A stretch of 64,000 bases of DNA from positions 569-64,568 of the forward strand of contig CAYIDD010000001.1 in the NCBI GenBank assembly GCA_964362175.1. The letters run 5' to 3'. The DNA is from an uncultured Candidatus Saccharibacteria bacterium. Its GTDB lineage: Bacteria; Patescibacteriota; Minisyncoccia; Phycocordibacterales; UBA2100. A program made the translations under genes and the position numbers. The notes beneath the pieces are model-generated. The model did not search any database. It saw only the letters and a list, made by a program, of their open reading frames with translations, and had not been told where the DNA came from. This document shows positions 9,660 through 18,433 of the stretch, piece by piece (position 1 is the stretch's first letter; every line of letters begins with the position of its first letter).

Positions 9660-10922
9660 ATGTCTAAACGCGAAAAAATCCCGACCGAAAACTACAAGGG
9701 TGTCCGCGATTTCTACCCCGACGACCAGTTCGTGCAGCGATATATTTTTGAGCACATGGAGCGCGTATGCGAGCTTTTTGGGTATGAAGAATATAACGCA
9801 TCGATCTTGGAGCCCGCCGAGCTCTATCGCTCCAAAACGAGCGAAGAGATCGTCAACGAACAAACGTACACCTTTACCGATCGCGGAGGCCGCGAAGTAA
9901 CACTGCGTCCCGAAATGACACCGACATTCGCGCGTATGGTGGCGGCGCGGCAGCGGGAGATCCCTTTGCCTGCCCGCTGGTACACGATTGCCAACGTCTT
10001 TCGTTATGAACGACCGCAAAAGGGCCGTCTGCGCGAGCACTGGCAGCTCAATGCCGATATCGTGGGCGTTGAGGGCGTTGAGGCCGATGCAGAAATAATC
10101 GCCATCGCTCACGGCATCATGCGCTCGCTCGGCGCAGATGAACGCAATTTCGAGATCCGCGTATCGGATCGCCGCATCCTTGACGCAATATACAATTCGG
10201 TCGGTATCGCCAAGGAATATGCGGGTAACGTGACGCGACTCCTCGACCGCCGTGCAAAGATAGACGACTTTGAAAAAGAACTCACCACGCTCATCGCGCA
10301 CGAAGAAAAAGCGGTAAAGCTTATCGAAGAGTTGGAAAACATAACCTCGACCGCATATTTGGAAGAGCTCCGCACGACGCTCGAACACATGGGGGTACGC
10401 AATATGGTCGTCGATACCTCCATCACGCGCGGATTCGACTACTACACGGGCATGGTGTTCGAGGTTTTTGACACGGACGAGAGCAATCGCCGGTCGCTTT
10501 TTGGCGGGGGACGGTATGATAATTTACTTTCCCTCTTCGGCAGCGAGCCGATCCCCGCGGTCGGATTTGGTATGGGCGACGTGACCGCGCGCGACTTCCT
10601 TGAAACACACAATCTTCTGCCCACGTATGCTCCCGCTACCGAGCTCATGATCTGTATCATCGAAAAAGATGCGACATCGCACGCCGTGCAGCTCGCGCAA
10701 AGCCTGCGCCGTGAAGATGTGACGGTCGCCGTCAACTTCTCCGGCAAACGCATCGGCGACCAGATACGACAGGCCGACAAGATGAAAGTGCCGTTCGTCA
10801 TCGCGATCGGTGCCCAAGAGCGCGATTCGGGTCGCTATACCATCAAGAATCTCGCGACCGCCGCGGAGATCACGCTTCCCGCAGACCGTATAGCGGAGCA
10901 CTTGTTCTCCTCGCTCGGCTGA
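9660..10922 (+). CDS. hisS: Histidine--tRNA ligase
   Basis: KGVRDF, LRPEMT, FRYERPQKGRLREH, RGFDYYTG, GGGRYD. Confidence 0.97.
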   Translation: MSKREKIPTENYKGVRDFYPDDQFVQRYIFEHMERVCELFGYEEYNASILEPAELYRSKTSEEIVNEQTYTFTDRGGREVTLRPEMTPTFARMVAARQREIPLPARWYTIANVFRYERPQKGRLREHWQLNADIVGVEGVEADAEIIAIAHGIMRSLGADERNFEIRVSDRRILDAIYNSVGIAKEYAGNVTRLLDRRAKIDDFEKELTTLIAHEEKAVKLIEELENITSTAYLEELRTTLEHMGVRNMVVDTSITRGFDYYTGMVFEVFDTDESNRRSLFGGGRYDNLLSLFGSEPIPAVGFGMGDVTARDFLETHNLLPTYAPATELMICIIEKDATSHAVQLAQSLRREDVTVAVNFSGKRIGDQIRQADKMKVPFVIAIGAQERDSGRYTIKNLATAAEITLPADRIAEHLFSSLG

Positions 10923-10923
10923 T

Positions 10924-12177
10924 ATGCGCGGATCGGAGCGATACGAGGCGCGCCCCGAAAAGACCCGCGAGACACCGCCAGAGGCCCTCTGGATACGATA
11001 CGCCGACATCCGCGCAAGGGGCGAAGAGGACAGCGACCTTGACCCGGAGGACTTCCGGCAACTCATCGAGTGCGAAATGATGCTGTCGTTGCAGGAAAAT
11101 CCGCCGATACAGGGAATATTTGATCCCGAGCAGGAATTGGAAAAGGTGCGCAAGCTCCCCCACGGGGAAAAAGTGGTGGCTCTGGAGCTCTTCAAAGACA
11201 CGCTCGTGCGACAGCGGCACGCCTATATGCAATGCCGATTGTTCGTCGAACGCACTATTACGTACGATCCCGATACGAGTCCGGAACAATTAATGAAGAT
11301 CGGGGATTTTTTCGCAGAACAGTATGGTTTTTCCGATCTTGCAAAAGACGTGGTGCGGGACCTCATTGAAGAGTACGGCCTGCGTCACAAAAAGACACGC
11401 GAATTCCGCGAGAAACACCCCGATGATGTAGATATCATAAAGGAATTGAGTGGCGTACAAGTAGAGCCGGGTACCGCAGTAGTAAGCGAGGGACCATTGA
11501 GCATCGACATCGTCGCAGATCGCGCCACCGCGAACAGACTCTACGCCCGGAATGATAGGGGGGGCGGATCGGGTAGAGCATTTCTTGGATTTCAGGGTAT
11601 TGATGAGAAAAACGAGATGTATTTCACCGTCGCGGCCTCCGATGCGGAGGACCCGGACAATGTCCGTACTCACGAACAAGAACACGTAAAGAATAAGGTC
11701 TTGCGCGGGTTCTTCGACCTCGACGATGGCCAGATCGACGCATGGCGCAATCTTCGCGTTCGGATACGCAACGAAACAGACCCGGAGGTGCGGGCCGCAC
11801 TGCGCACAGAAGAATTGCGGATAGTCCGCGACGAAGCGCTCGACAAGGCGAAAGACGAGCTTACCGCGATGTTCAAAGACGGAAAGTCGTCGTATTTTTA
11901 TCGGTTTGCCGCGAAAGACGGGAGTAGTTACGACTATCTCAAAGACGAGCGCGACAGGTACTATCAGGATACCGATTATGCCGAGCCTGCGCACGAAATC
12001 CTCGTCGGGGAGTACGAATACATCATCGAAAACGCGATATCCGCGTTCAAAGAATTGCGTAGAACGGGAAACCTTACGGTCGGTGCCGCGATAGCCTTCC
12101 TGACCGATGTGCCCCTGGACCAATGGCCAAGTACCGCGAGGCACCTCAGTGAGAACGTGTATAAGTATGCTCGATGA
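10924..12177 (+). CDS. Hypothetical protein with HExxH motif
   Basis: 417-aa acidic ORF directly after hisS; THEQEH plus downstream KDE. Confidence 0.7.
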   Translation: MRGSERYEARPEKTRETPPEALWIRYADIRARGEEDSDLDPEDFRQLIECEMMLSLQENPPIQGIFDPEQELEKVRKLPHGEKVVALELFKDTLVRQRHAYMQCRLFVERTITYDPDTSPEQLMKIGDFFAEQYGFSDLAKDVVRDLIEEYGLRHKKTREFREKHPDDVDIIKELSGVQVEPGTAVVSEGPLSIDIVADRATANRLYARNDRGGGSGRAFLGFQGIDEKNEMYFTVAASDAEDPDNVRTHEQEHVKNKVLRGFFDLDDGQIDAWRNLRVRIRNETDPEVRAALRTEELRIVRDEALDKAKDELTAMFKDGKSSYFYRFAAKDGSSYDYLKDERDRYYQDTDYAEPAHEILVGEYEYIIENAISAFKELRRTGNLTVGAAIAFLTDVPLDQWPSTARHLSENVYKYAR

Positions 12178-12200
12178 GCGAGGTGATATACTCGATCCCG

Positions 12201-12776
12201 ATGCGTACCGTAGTTTTTGATATCGAGACTGCTAATTGGATGTCGGATACCGGCACATCCGATCCGGCCGATCTCACTATCGCCATTGTCGGCGCGTACG
12301 ATTCTGGAACGGACAGCTATTCGAGCTACCTCGAACACGAACTGCATCAGCTATGGAACATTCTTGAGCGCACGGATGTCCTCGTCGGCTACAATTCCGA
12401 CCACTTCGATATCCCACTTTTGAATAAATACTATCCTGGCGATCTTACCCGCATCAAGAGCATCGACCTTATGAAAGAAGTTTACACATCGCTCGGTCGG
12501 CGGCTGAAGCTCGATACGATTGCCGAAGCAACACTCGGCGAAAAGAAAAGTGCGAGCGGATCCCAATCCCTCCAGTGGTGGCGTGCGGGAGAGATCGAAA
12601 AGGTGCGCGCCTACTGCCTCAAAGATGTGGAAATTACGAAAAAGATATTCGATCACGCACTTCAGAATGGCTCCATCAAGTACAAAGACCTCGGAAAAGT
12701 CCGTGAAGTCAAACTCGACACGAAAAACTGGCTTGCAAAAAGCGGAGGAGCTATGACCTACACGCTCGGGCTCTAG
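12201..12776 (+). CDS. RNase H-like/DnaQ-fold exonuclease (YprB-like)
   Basis: VFDIET, GYNSDHFD and YCLKDV DEDD motifs; TATACT 8 nt before ATG 12201. Confidence 0.85.
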   Translation: MRTVVFDIETANWMSDTGTSDPADLTIAIVGAYDSGTDSYSSYLEHELHQLWNILERTDVLVGYNSDHFDIPLLNKYYPGDLTRIKSIDLMKEVYTSLGRRLKLDTIAEATLGEKKSASGSQSLQWWRAGEIEKVRAYCLKDVEITKKIFDHALQNGSIKYKDLGKVREVKLDTKNWLAKSGGAMTYTLGL

Positions 12777-12907
12777 TGCTGGGGACAGGGGCGCCGGGAA
12801 ACTCCCGTTTCCCGACTACCCCAAGGGTACTGCGGTTTGTAGCTGCGCGGGCGCAGACAAACCGGGAGCCTTTCCCATTCCGGCCCCGATCACTTCACTT
12901 CGTCCAG
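12777..12907. repeat. Hairpin element at the tRNA-Phe 3' end
   Basis: CGGGAAAC..GTTTCCCGAC hairpin, TTTCCCATTCC, and an inverted copy of the tRNA 3' end. Confidence 0.65.
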
Positions 12908-12980
12908 TGCTTGGGGCCGGGATCGAACCGGCGACCCTTCCCTCTTCAGGGGAATGCTCTACCAACTGAGCTACCCAAGC
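12908..12980 (-). tRNA. tRNA-Phe(GAA)
   Basis: GCTTGGG acceptor stem, D-loop AGTTGGTA, anticodon loop CTGAAGA, TTCGATC T-loop; CCA not encoded. Confidence 0.95.
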
Positions 12981-13032
12981 AGATGCGCGACTTAATCGCT
13001 CAGCCACTTTACCACATCACGACCCTCTCTTT

Positions 13033-13359
13033 CTACTGCGTCGTCGAGGTCGACGCCTGCATGAACGCCGGTAGTTTGGACCGAAATTCTTCCCATGTTT
13101 TTTGAAAACTGCCGAGCTGCACCTGCGCTTTTGTGCCCGTCGCCTGTACCTGATCCACCGCCTTCAGCATTTGCTGCATAGTGCCGTTCAGGTACGTCAT
13201 GTAGAACCAAATGGGAGCGAGCAAAAAGAAGCCGTACACGAGCAATTTGAAAAGTCCGCCCCAAAGCGCGTGGCGTCGCATCGCGTGGAGCATTTTGTTG
13301 TTCTCCCGCACGAGCCGTGCAATTTCTTGCTGTTGTCCTTGAATAGGGTTCAGGTCCAC
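13033..13359 (-). CDS. Hypothetical single-TM protein
   Basis: ENNKMLHAMRR followed by a TM helix; TACAAT 6 nt before a GTG start. Confidence 0.75.
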   Translation of the reverse strand: MDLNPIQGQQQEIARLVRENNKMLHAMRRHALWGGLFKLLVYGFFLLAPIWFYMTYLNGTMQQMLKAVDQVQATGTKAQVQLGSFQKTWEEFRSKLPAFMQASTSTTQ

Positions 13360-13382
13360 AGCAGCATTGTACCAGCTTTTCG

Positions 13383-14075
13383 CTATCCCAGAGCACGCAT
13401 GTAGGGATAAACCACAGACCATGAACTGCCAAAACCGAGCGCGTACAAATATTCCTCAAGAGGAATACCGAGGGGCACGACACCGCTGATATTTTCTAAA
13501 TTATAGTGAACCGTGACGAATGTCGGGAAGAAAAACAAAAAGATAGAATACAGACCGATGTACAAGACGAGGAATGAGGCTCCGCTCACCAGCGAACGCC
13601 GTATGAGGTCGGGTCGCTGGAGCCATATGACGAATGCTCCGACAAATCCAAAAATAATGAGTGAGTATATGAGGTTTACCCCCGTCAGCGAGACGAGCGC
13701 CGCCGCTACAATACCGAGGGGAATGGATAATTTCGCGCCCGAACGAATAGACGCACTCGGTGGAGGTACTCGCATAATGAGCTCATACATGACGGCCACG
13801 ATCCCCCCGAAAAACAACATGAAAAGCACGTCTTCGATACTAAACCCGCCGGTTATGTAGTTCAGGTCGAATAGCGTATCGGGCGTCCAATACCCCGGAT
13901 TTATCGCTTGGTATTCGGGTATATTTTTGAACAACTTCACCGCAAAAAATCCGACGGTCATTACAGCCGCATACAACCCCCCGGCCCACAGCATTTGATA
14001 TCGGAGGTCCTTTCTCAAAATCAAACAAGCGACCCAGAGCACTCCAACGACAAGTGAGCCGATAAGGTATTCCAT
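13383..14075 (-). CDS. Lycopene-cyclase-domain-like membrane protein (two repeats)
   Basis: GFSIEDVLFM and GIPLEEYLY repeat motifs, multiple TM helices. Confidence 0.75.
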   Translation of the reverse strand: MEYLIGSLVVGVLWVACLILRKDLRYQMLWAGGLYAAVMTVGFFAVKLFKNIPEYQAINPGYWTPDTLFDLNYITGGFSIEDVLFMLFFGGIVAVMYELIMRVPPPSASIRSGAKLSIPLGIVAAALVSLTGVNLIYSLIIFGFVGAFVIWLQRPDLIRRSLVSGASFLVLYIGLYSIFLFFFPTFVTVHYNLENISGVVPLGIPLEEYLYALGFGSSWSVVYPYMRALG

Positions 14076-14102
14076 GGATAAATTATACCCGAAACATCTC
14101 CT

Positions 14103-14217
14103 TGCCCTTCGCCTACTGGGAAACCCGCGGTTTTCCCATTCCTTCCTCCGCGGGAAACCAGCTGGTTTCCCGACCCCTTCTTATGTCGAGGACATTTCGT
14201 TCATTTCGTTCACTCAA
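14103..14217. repeat. Hairpin element at the tRNA-Arg 3' end (family A)
   Basis: TGGGAAACCCGCGGTTTTCCCA..CGGGAAACCAGCTGGTTTCCCGACCCCTT matches the reverse complement of 15640-15724. Confidence 0.75.
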
Positions 14218-14289
14218 TGCCCTCGACAGGAATCGAACCCATATCTTTCCCTTAGGACGGGACTGCTCTATCCATTGAGCTACGAGGGC
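14218..14289 (-). tRNA. tRNA-Arg(CCT)
   Basis: GCCCTCG acceptor stem, AATGGATA D-loop, loop GTCCTAA, TTCGATT T-loop. Confidence 0.93.
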
Positions 14290-14322
14290 TCAAAGGCACT
14301 TTATCACAAGCAAGACAACGAA

Positions 14323-14565
14323 TTAGACAGCCAAAAGCTCGCGCAACCTCGCTTCGTCGAAGCCGACGATGAGGTCTTTCCCCACTGTGATGACGGGCAC
14401 GCCCATCTGTCCGCTCTTCTGTATCATCTCTTTGCGCTTTTCGAGATCGGTCCCAACATTGTAGTCCGTGAATGCGACGCTGTTCGCCGCGAAAAAATCT
14501 TTTGCCATGTGGCAGAAGTGGCAGGTAGGGGTCGAATAAATGGTAACGGGTACTTTGTTCGCCAT
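14323..14565 (-). CDS. Glutaredoxin/NrdH-like redoxin
   Basis: YSTPTCHFC, SGQMGVPVI, VGFD. Confidence 0.92.
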   Translation of the reverse strand: MANKVPVTIYSTPTCHFCHMAKDFFAANSVAFTDYNVGTDLEKRKEMIQKSGQMGVPVITVGKDLIVGFDEARLRELLAV

Positions 14566-14606
14566 ACGGGTTCTTGAAATTGATTGGTTAAAGGATTAGT
14601 AGTATA

Positions 14607-15209
14607 TCACGCGGATATGGTAGCTCTTCCCACCTTGAGGGTTTTTCCCCACCACAGAAGCTGTTTGAGCATTCCCCCTGCGCTTTCGACGTATGGATCG
14701 AGTACTCCCGTCTTGAGCTCATTCTTTTCATCCACAAGCATCCACGGTGCTTGGATATGCACCGCCTGGCGGATGGGGGCCATCTGAAGCTCCACCGCGA
14801 CTCCCCGCAGCTGCTCCACGGAGCGCCCGCCACCGACGCTGCCGTAGCTCACGAACGCGACGGGCTTGTTGTTCCACGGCGCATAGACGTAATCGAGCGC
14901 GTTCTTGAGGACGGCCGAATACCCGTGATTATATTCCGGAGCAACGATGAGAAAGGCATCCCCCTCTTCGATCTTGCGTCCCCATGCGTTCACTGTCTCG
15001 TTCTTATATTCGCCGACTTTCAGTTGTGAGGGCGACATCGACTCTTCGTAATACGGCAGCAGGTAGTCGCGCAGATCGAGCACCTCAACGGCAAATTCGG
15101 GTCGGCTCTTCGCCAACCCCGTGATCCATGCTCCAGCTTTCTCGCTAAAGCGCTTGGGGCGTGTGCTACCGAGAATGATCTTGAGCCGAATGGCGCCGTT
15201 TTTTTCCAT
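14607..15209 (-). CDS. NADPH-dependent FMN reductase
   Basis: ILGSTRP, APEYNHG, LKNALD, WNNKP, SYG..GG. Confidence 0.92.
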   Translation of the reverse strand: MEKNGAIRLKIILGSTRPKRFSEKAGAWITGLAKSRPEFAVEVLDLRDYLLPYYEESMSPSQLKVGEYKNETVNAWGRKIEEGDAFLIVAPEYNHGYSAVLKNALDYVYAPWNNKPVAFVSYGSVGGGRSVEQLRGVAVELQMAPIRQAVHIQAPWMLVDEKNELKTGVLDPYVESAGGMLKQLLWWGKTLKVGRATISA

Positions 15210-15234
15210 AGGAATGCTGTTGAAGACGGATAAT

Positions 15235-15298
15235 GCACTCATTGTAACCGAGTGCTTTACTTTGTAAAGTGGATAAATGGGTGGTATCATTATCCACA
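15235..15298. promoter_or_regulatory. Operator-like inverted repeats between the divergent FMN reductase and HxlR genes
   Basis: GCACTC-N9-GAGTGC over a minus-strand TACAAT; GTGGATAA..TTATCCAC flanking a plus-strand TATCAT. Confidence 0.55.
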
Positions 15299-15607
15299 AT
15301 GCTTCGGACAGCACGTCAACGGAAAGAACTCTGCAAAGAATGCCCCGTCGCGCGCGTGGCAAACCTCTTGGGTGACTCATGTTCCCTTCTCATCGTACGA
15401 GACCTGATGGAGAGTCCGCGCCGCTTTGGCGAGATACAAGCATCACTCTCAGGTATAAGTACCCGCACACTCACCAATAAGCTTCGGCAACTGGAAAAAG
15501 AAACGCTGATACGGAGGAAAGACCTCAAATACACGTTGACGAAAAAAGGCGCCGCCTTGCAGGAGATCATCGACGCAATGCGCTCGTACGGCAAGAAATA
15601 TCTTTAA
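15299..15607 (+). CDS. HxlR/DUF24 family transcriptional regulator
   Basis: ECPVA, LLIVRDL..PRRFGEI..GIS..LTNKL..LE, YTLT.KG. Confidence 0.9.
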   Translation: MLRTARQRKELCKECPVARVANLLGDSCSLLIVRDLMESPRRFGEIQASLSGISTRTLTNKLRQLEKETLIRRKDLKYTLTKKGAALQEIIDAMRSYGKKYL

Positions 15608-15609
15608 AC

Positions 15610-15727
15610 GGTGCGGGTAACGCCACGGGCTAGACCGCACATGAAAGGGGTCGGGAAAACAATTGTTTTCCCGTAGAGGAAGGCAGCTCACAACGTGAGC
15701 GTTGGAAAACCGTGGGTTTCCAAGAGG
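15610..15727. repeat. Hairpin element at the tRNA-Gly 3' end (family A)
   Basis: Reverse-complement homolog of 14117-14186; bounded by a GGTGCGGGTA direct repeat of the tRNA end (15610-15619 and 15726-15735). Confidence 0.75.
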
Positions 15728-15798
15728 TGCGGGTACGGAGAATCGAACTCCGATCTAATGCTTGGGAAGCATTCGTTCTGCCACTAAACTATACCCGC
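15728..15798 (-). tRNA. tRNA-Gly(CCC)
   Basis: GCGGGTA acceptor stem, loop TTCCCAA, TTCGATT T-loop. Confidence 0.95.
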
Positions 15799-15848
15799 TT
15801 TGCTGGTTGCACAACAAAATCTAACAGAATTTCCTACCTCAAGCGAGT

Positions 15849-15944
15849 GCGACAGTGACTTGAAGAGTCTCCCGGAGCCGAAGAGGCGAGGATTAAGGAT
15901 CTTTCAGCAGAAAAATCCGGGCTCTGCGAGTCACTGTCGCCGAG
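15849..15944. repeat. Structured repeat family B, copy 1
   Basis: ~19-bp closing stem around GCCGAAGAGGC..AGGA..TTTCAGCAGAAAAATCCGG; homolog at 20581-20674. Confidence 0.75.
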
Positions 15945-15951
15945 CCCCCCT

Positions 15952-16326
15952 TTACCACCACAAAAACGCACCCCGTATCTTATCAAAGACGGTAGAAGTA
16001 GCCTGCGTGGGCGTCGCCACCGGCTGATCTACGATGACGATGAGTTTCTCGCCTCTCGCTGCAAGTGCGTATTGCTCACGTAGTACCGCCTCAACACCTC
16101 TATCGGTCTGCAGATCGGCGATGTCCTCGTTCAGCTGATCCCGTCGATCTGTGTAGTCTTTCAACTGCGTTTCCGCCTCGATACGAAGTGCCATTGACTC
16201 CCCCTCTTTCCGGTATGCGTTCCACATTCCGAAGGCAAGCACCGAGACCAGCGCAAAGAGCCCAAGCATGAGGAGTCTCCTCCCGAAAACCCGCACTGGG
16301 TCATTCCGTTGCCTGATCGCCATCAT
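15952..16326 (-). CDS. Septum formation initiator (DivIC/FtsB-like)
   Basis: Single TM, coiled coil, GVEAVLRE..LAARGEKLIVIV. Confidence 0.85.
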   Translation of the reverse strand: MMAIRQRNDPVRVFGRRLLMLGLFALVSVLAFGMWNAYRKEGESMALRIEAETQLKDYTDRRDQLNEDIADLQTDRGVEAVLREQYALAARGEKLIVIVDQPVATPTQATSTVFDKIRGAFLWW

Positions 16327-16349
16327 AGGATATAATCCTACCATTCGTT

Positions 16350-16487
16350 ATGAGTTTCCTTTTTCACAAACGGACCAAGAAGGTCATCAATACCGTTTGG
16401 AGCGTCATCGCCGTGCTCATCATCCTCGGCATGGTCGTGTTCTTTGCGCCAGGACTACCCACGTGGCTCGCAGGCCTCTTCGGCTAA
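16350..16487 (+). CDS. Small membrane protein (45 aa)
   Basis: Below the ORF-track cutoff: MSFLFHKRTKKVINTVWSVIAVLIILGMVVFFAPGLPTWLAGLFG; -10-like hexamers just upstream. Confidence 0.7.
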   Translation: MSFLFHKRTKKVINTVWSVIAVLIILGMVVFFAPGLPTWLAGLFG

Positions 16488-16562
16488 CTTTTCCCTCACG
16501 ACCTTCAAAACACCCCGGTACCACAGCGCTTCGCGCTGGCTACGGGGCAGGCCTCGTGCACC

Positions 16563-18353
16563 CTACGTGCCTGCGTCGCGCACTACTTTCAAGAAAACGT
16601 CGTGCGGGATGTCTACTTTTCCCCGCGCGAGCATCTTTTTCTTGCCCCGTTTCTGCTTTTCGCGCAATTTCATCTTTCGCGTGATGTCGCCGCCGTACAG
16701 ATACCCCGTAACGTCCTTGCGCATGGCGGATTTGCGGCGTGACGCAATGATGCGGCCGCCCGCCTTCGCCTGAATTTTCAATTCGAAGAGCTGCCGCGAT
16801 AGGAGCTTTTCCAATTTTTCAACCATCGCCTCCGCTTCGTGCTGGACCCTGCGGCGCGAAACGATACGCGCAAATGCTGGTACGAGTTCTTCGGCGACCA
16901 AAATATCGAGCCGTATCACGTCCGCGGTGCGCATGCCTAAAAGTTCATATGAAAGCGAAGCGAAACCGCTGGAAACACTTTTTAGTTTATCGAAGAACCC
17001 GCGCATCAATTCGCGCAGCGGCATTTCAGAGGCAAGTCGGGTTTTCCCGTCGGGCAGGGTCTCGGTGTCCCCCACGATCGCCTCATGCTCATAAAGAAGT
17101 TGGGTGATATTTCCGAGATATTCGGGGGGTGTGATGACGAACACCTTCGCCCACAGTTCGCGCACTTCTTTTGCTGTTCCGTCGTCGGGAAATCGCGCGG
17201 GGGCGTACACATGTTCAACTTCCCCGTTCGTGCGTACCACCTCATACACCGTGGTGGGCACGGTAACGACGAGCGTGAGCGCGAATTCGCGTCGCAAGCG
17301 CTCCACGACGATCTCAAGATGGAGCATCCCCAAAAAACCGCAACGGAAACCCTTCCCCATGACGCCGGACGATTCCTCTTCGTAAGAAAGTGAGGAGTCG
17401 GAAAGCCGCAGGCGTTCGAGCGATTGCCGCAAAAGCGGGAGGTCGTCCTGACTTTCCGGATACACGCTCGCCCAAATAACGGGAGTGGGGGTACGGTAGC
17501 CAAACAGCGCTTGGCTCGGATTACGTGATGTCGTCACCGTGTCTCCGACCGAGGCGATGCCGGGCTTTTTGATCCCCGTAACCACGTAGCCTATCTCTCC
17601 TTCGACGAGCGCTGGGACTGGTTTTTCCTCAGGCATGAGGACACCGACTTCGAGTGCCGTAAAATCCGCTTTCCCCGCGACGAGTCGCAGAGGATCACCC
17701 TTTGCGATGGACCCCCCGAATATCCGCATGTAGACGATGACGCCCCGATGATCCGAGTAGCCAAAATCGAAAACGAGTGCCTGCACGCCGGATGTTCCGG
17801 ATCGCGGCGGCGGGATCCTCTCAACAATCGCGTTCAACACCGCACCAACGCCCTCACCGGTCTTTCCAGACGCACGCAAAACATCGGACTCGGGACATTT
17901 GAGGAGGAGCGCCAATTCACTCACAATGTCCCCGACGCGTGCATTCGGTGCATCTATTTTCGAGACGATGGGGATGATCTTGAGGTCAAGCTCACGTGCT
18001 ACAGAAAGTACGGAGAGTGTCTGCGCCTCGACACCCTGTGTCGCATCCACCAAAAGCAAGACCCCCTCGACAGCTGAGAGCGCGCGGGAAACTTCGTACG
18101 CAAAATCCACGTGCCCGGGCGTGTCGATCAGGTTGAGGGTGTGCTCGACTCCCTCGTATGCCCAACGCATGCGCACGGGTTGCATCTTGATCGTAATGCC
18201 ACGCTCGCGCTCAAGATCCATCCGATCCAACACCTGTTCCTGCATGCGGCGCGGCTCAATGGTGTGGGTGAGCTCGAGCATCCGATCGGCAAGAGTACTC
18301 TTTCCGTGATCGATATGCGCGATGATAGAAAAATTCCGTATGTGTTCTGTCAT
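16563..18353 (-). CDS. lepA: Elongation factor 4
   Basis: IRNFSIIAHIDHGKSTLADR, DTPGH, GFLGMLH, YGGDITRK. Confidence 0.97.
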   Translation of the reverse strand: MTEHIRNFSIIAHIDHGKSTLADRMLELTHTIEPRRMQEQVLDRMDLERERGITIKMQPVRMRWAYEGVEHTLNLIDTPGHVDFAYEVSRALSAVEGVLLLVDATQGVEAQTLSVLSVARELDLKIIPIVSKIDAPNARVGDIVSELALLLKCPESDVLRASGKTGEGVGAVLNAIVERIPPPRSGTSGVQALVFDFGYSDHRGVIVYMRIFGGSIAKGDPLRLVAGKADFTALEVGVLMPEEKPVPALVEGEIGYVVTGIKKPGIASVGDTVTTSRNPSQALFGYRTPTPVIWASVYPESQDDLPLLRQSLERLRLSDSSLSYEEESSGVMGKGFRCGFLGMLHLEIVVERLRREFALTLVVTVPTTVYEVVRTNGEVEHVYAPARFPDDGTAKEVRELWAKVFVITPPEYLGNITQLLYEHEAIVGDTETLPDGKTRLASEMPLRELMRGFFDKLKSVSSGFASLSYELLGMRTADVIRLDILVAEELVPAFARIVSRRRVQHEAEAMVEKLEKLLSRQLFELKIQAKAGGRIIASRRKSAMRKDVTGYLYGGDITRKMKLREKQKRGKKKMLARGKVDIPHDVFLKVVRDAGT

Positions 18354-18433
18354 ATTATTGCGTCGAGCGAGCGGTATCGCGAAAGCTTGCTTTCATGATC
18401 CGCGAGCGACGACGAAAAAAGTTCCTCATAAAC

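Noticed and set aside
13383-14075. Carotenoid biosynthesis cluster
   Set aside because: Only the lycopene-cyclase-like membrane domain is present, with no crtB/crtI/crtE nearby.
15269-15298. DnaA boxes / replication origin
   Set aside because: Only one perfect TTATCCACA plus an inverted partial copy, in a short divergent promoter with no dnaA or AT-rich unwinding region; better read as an operator.
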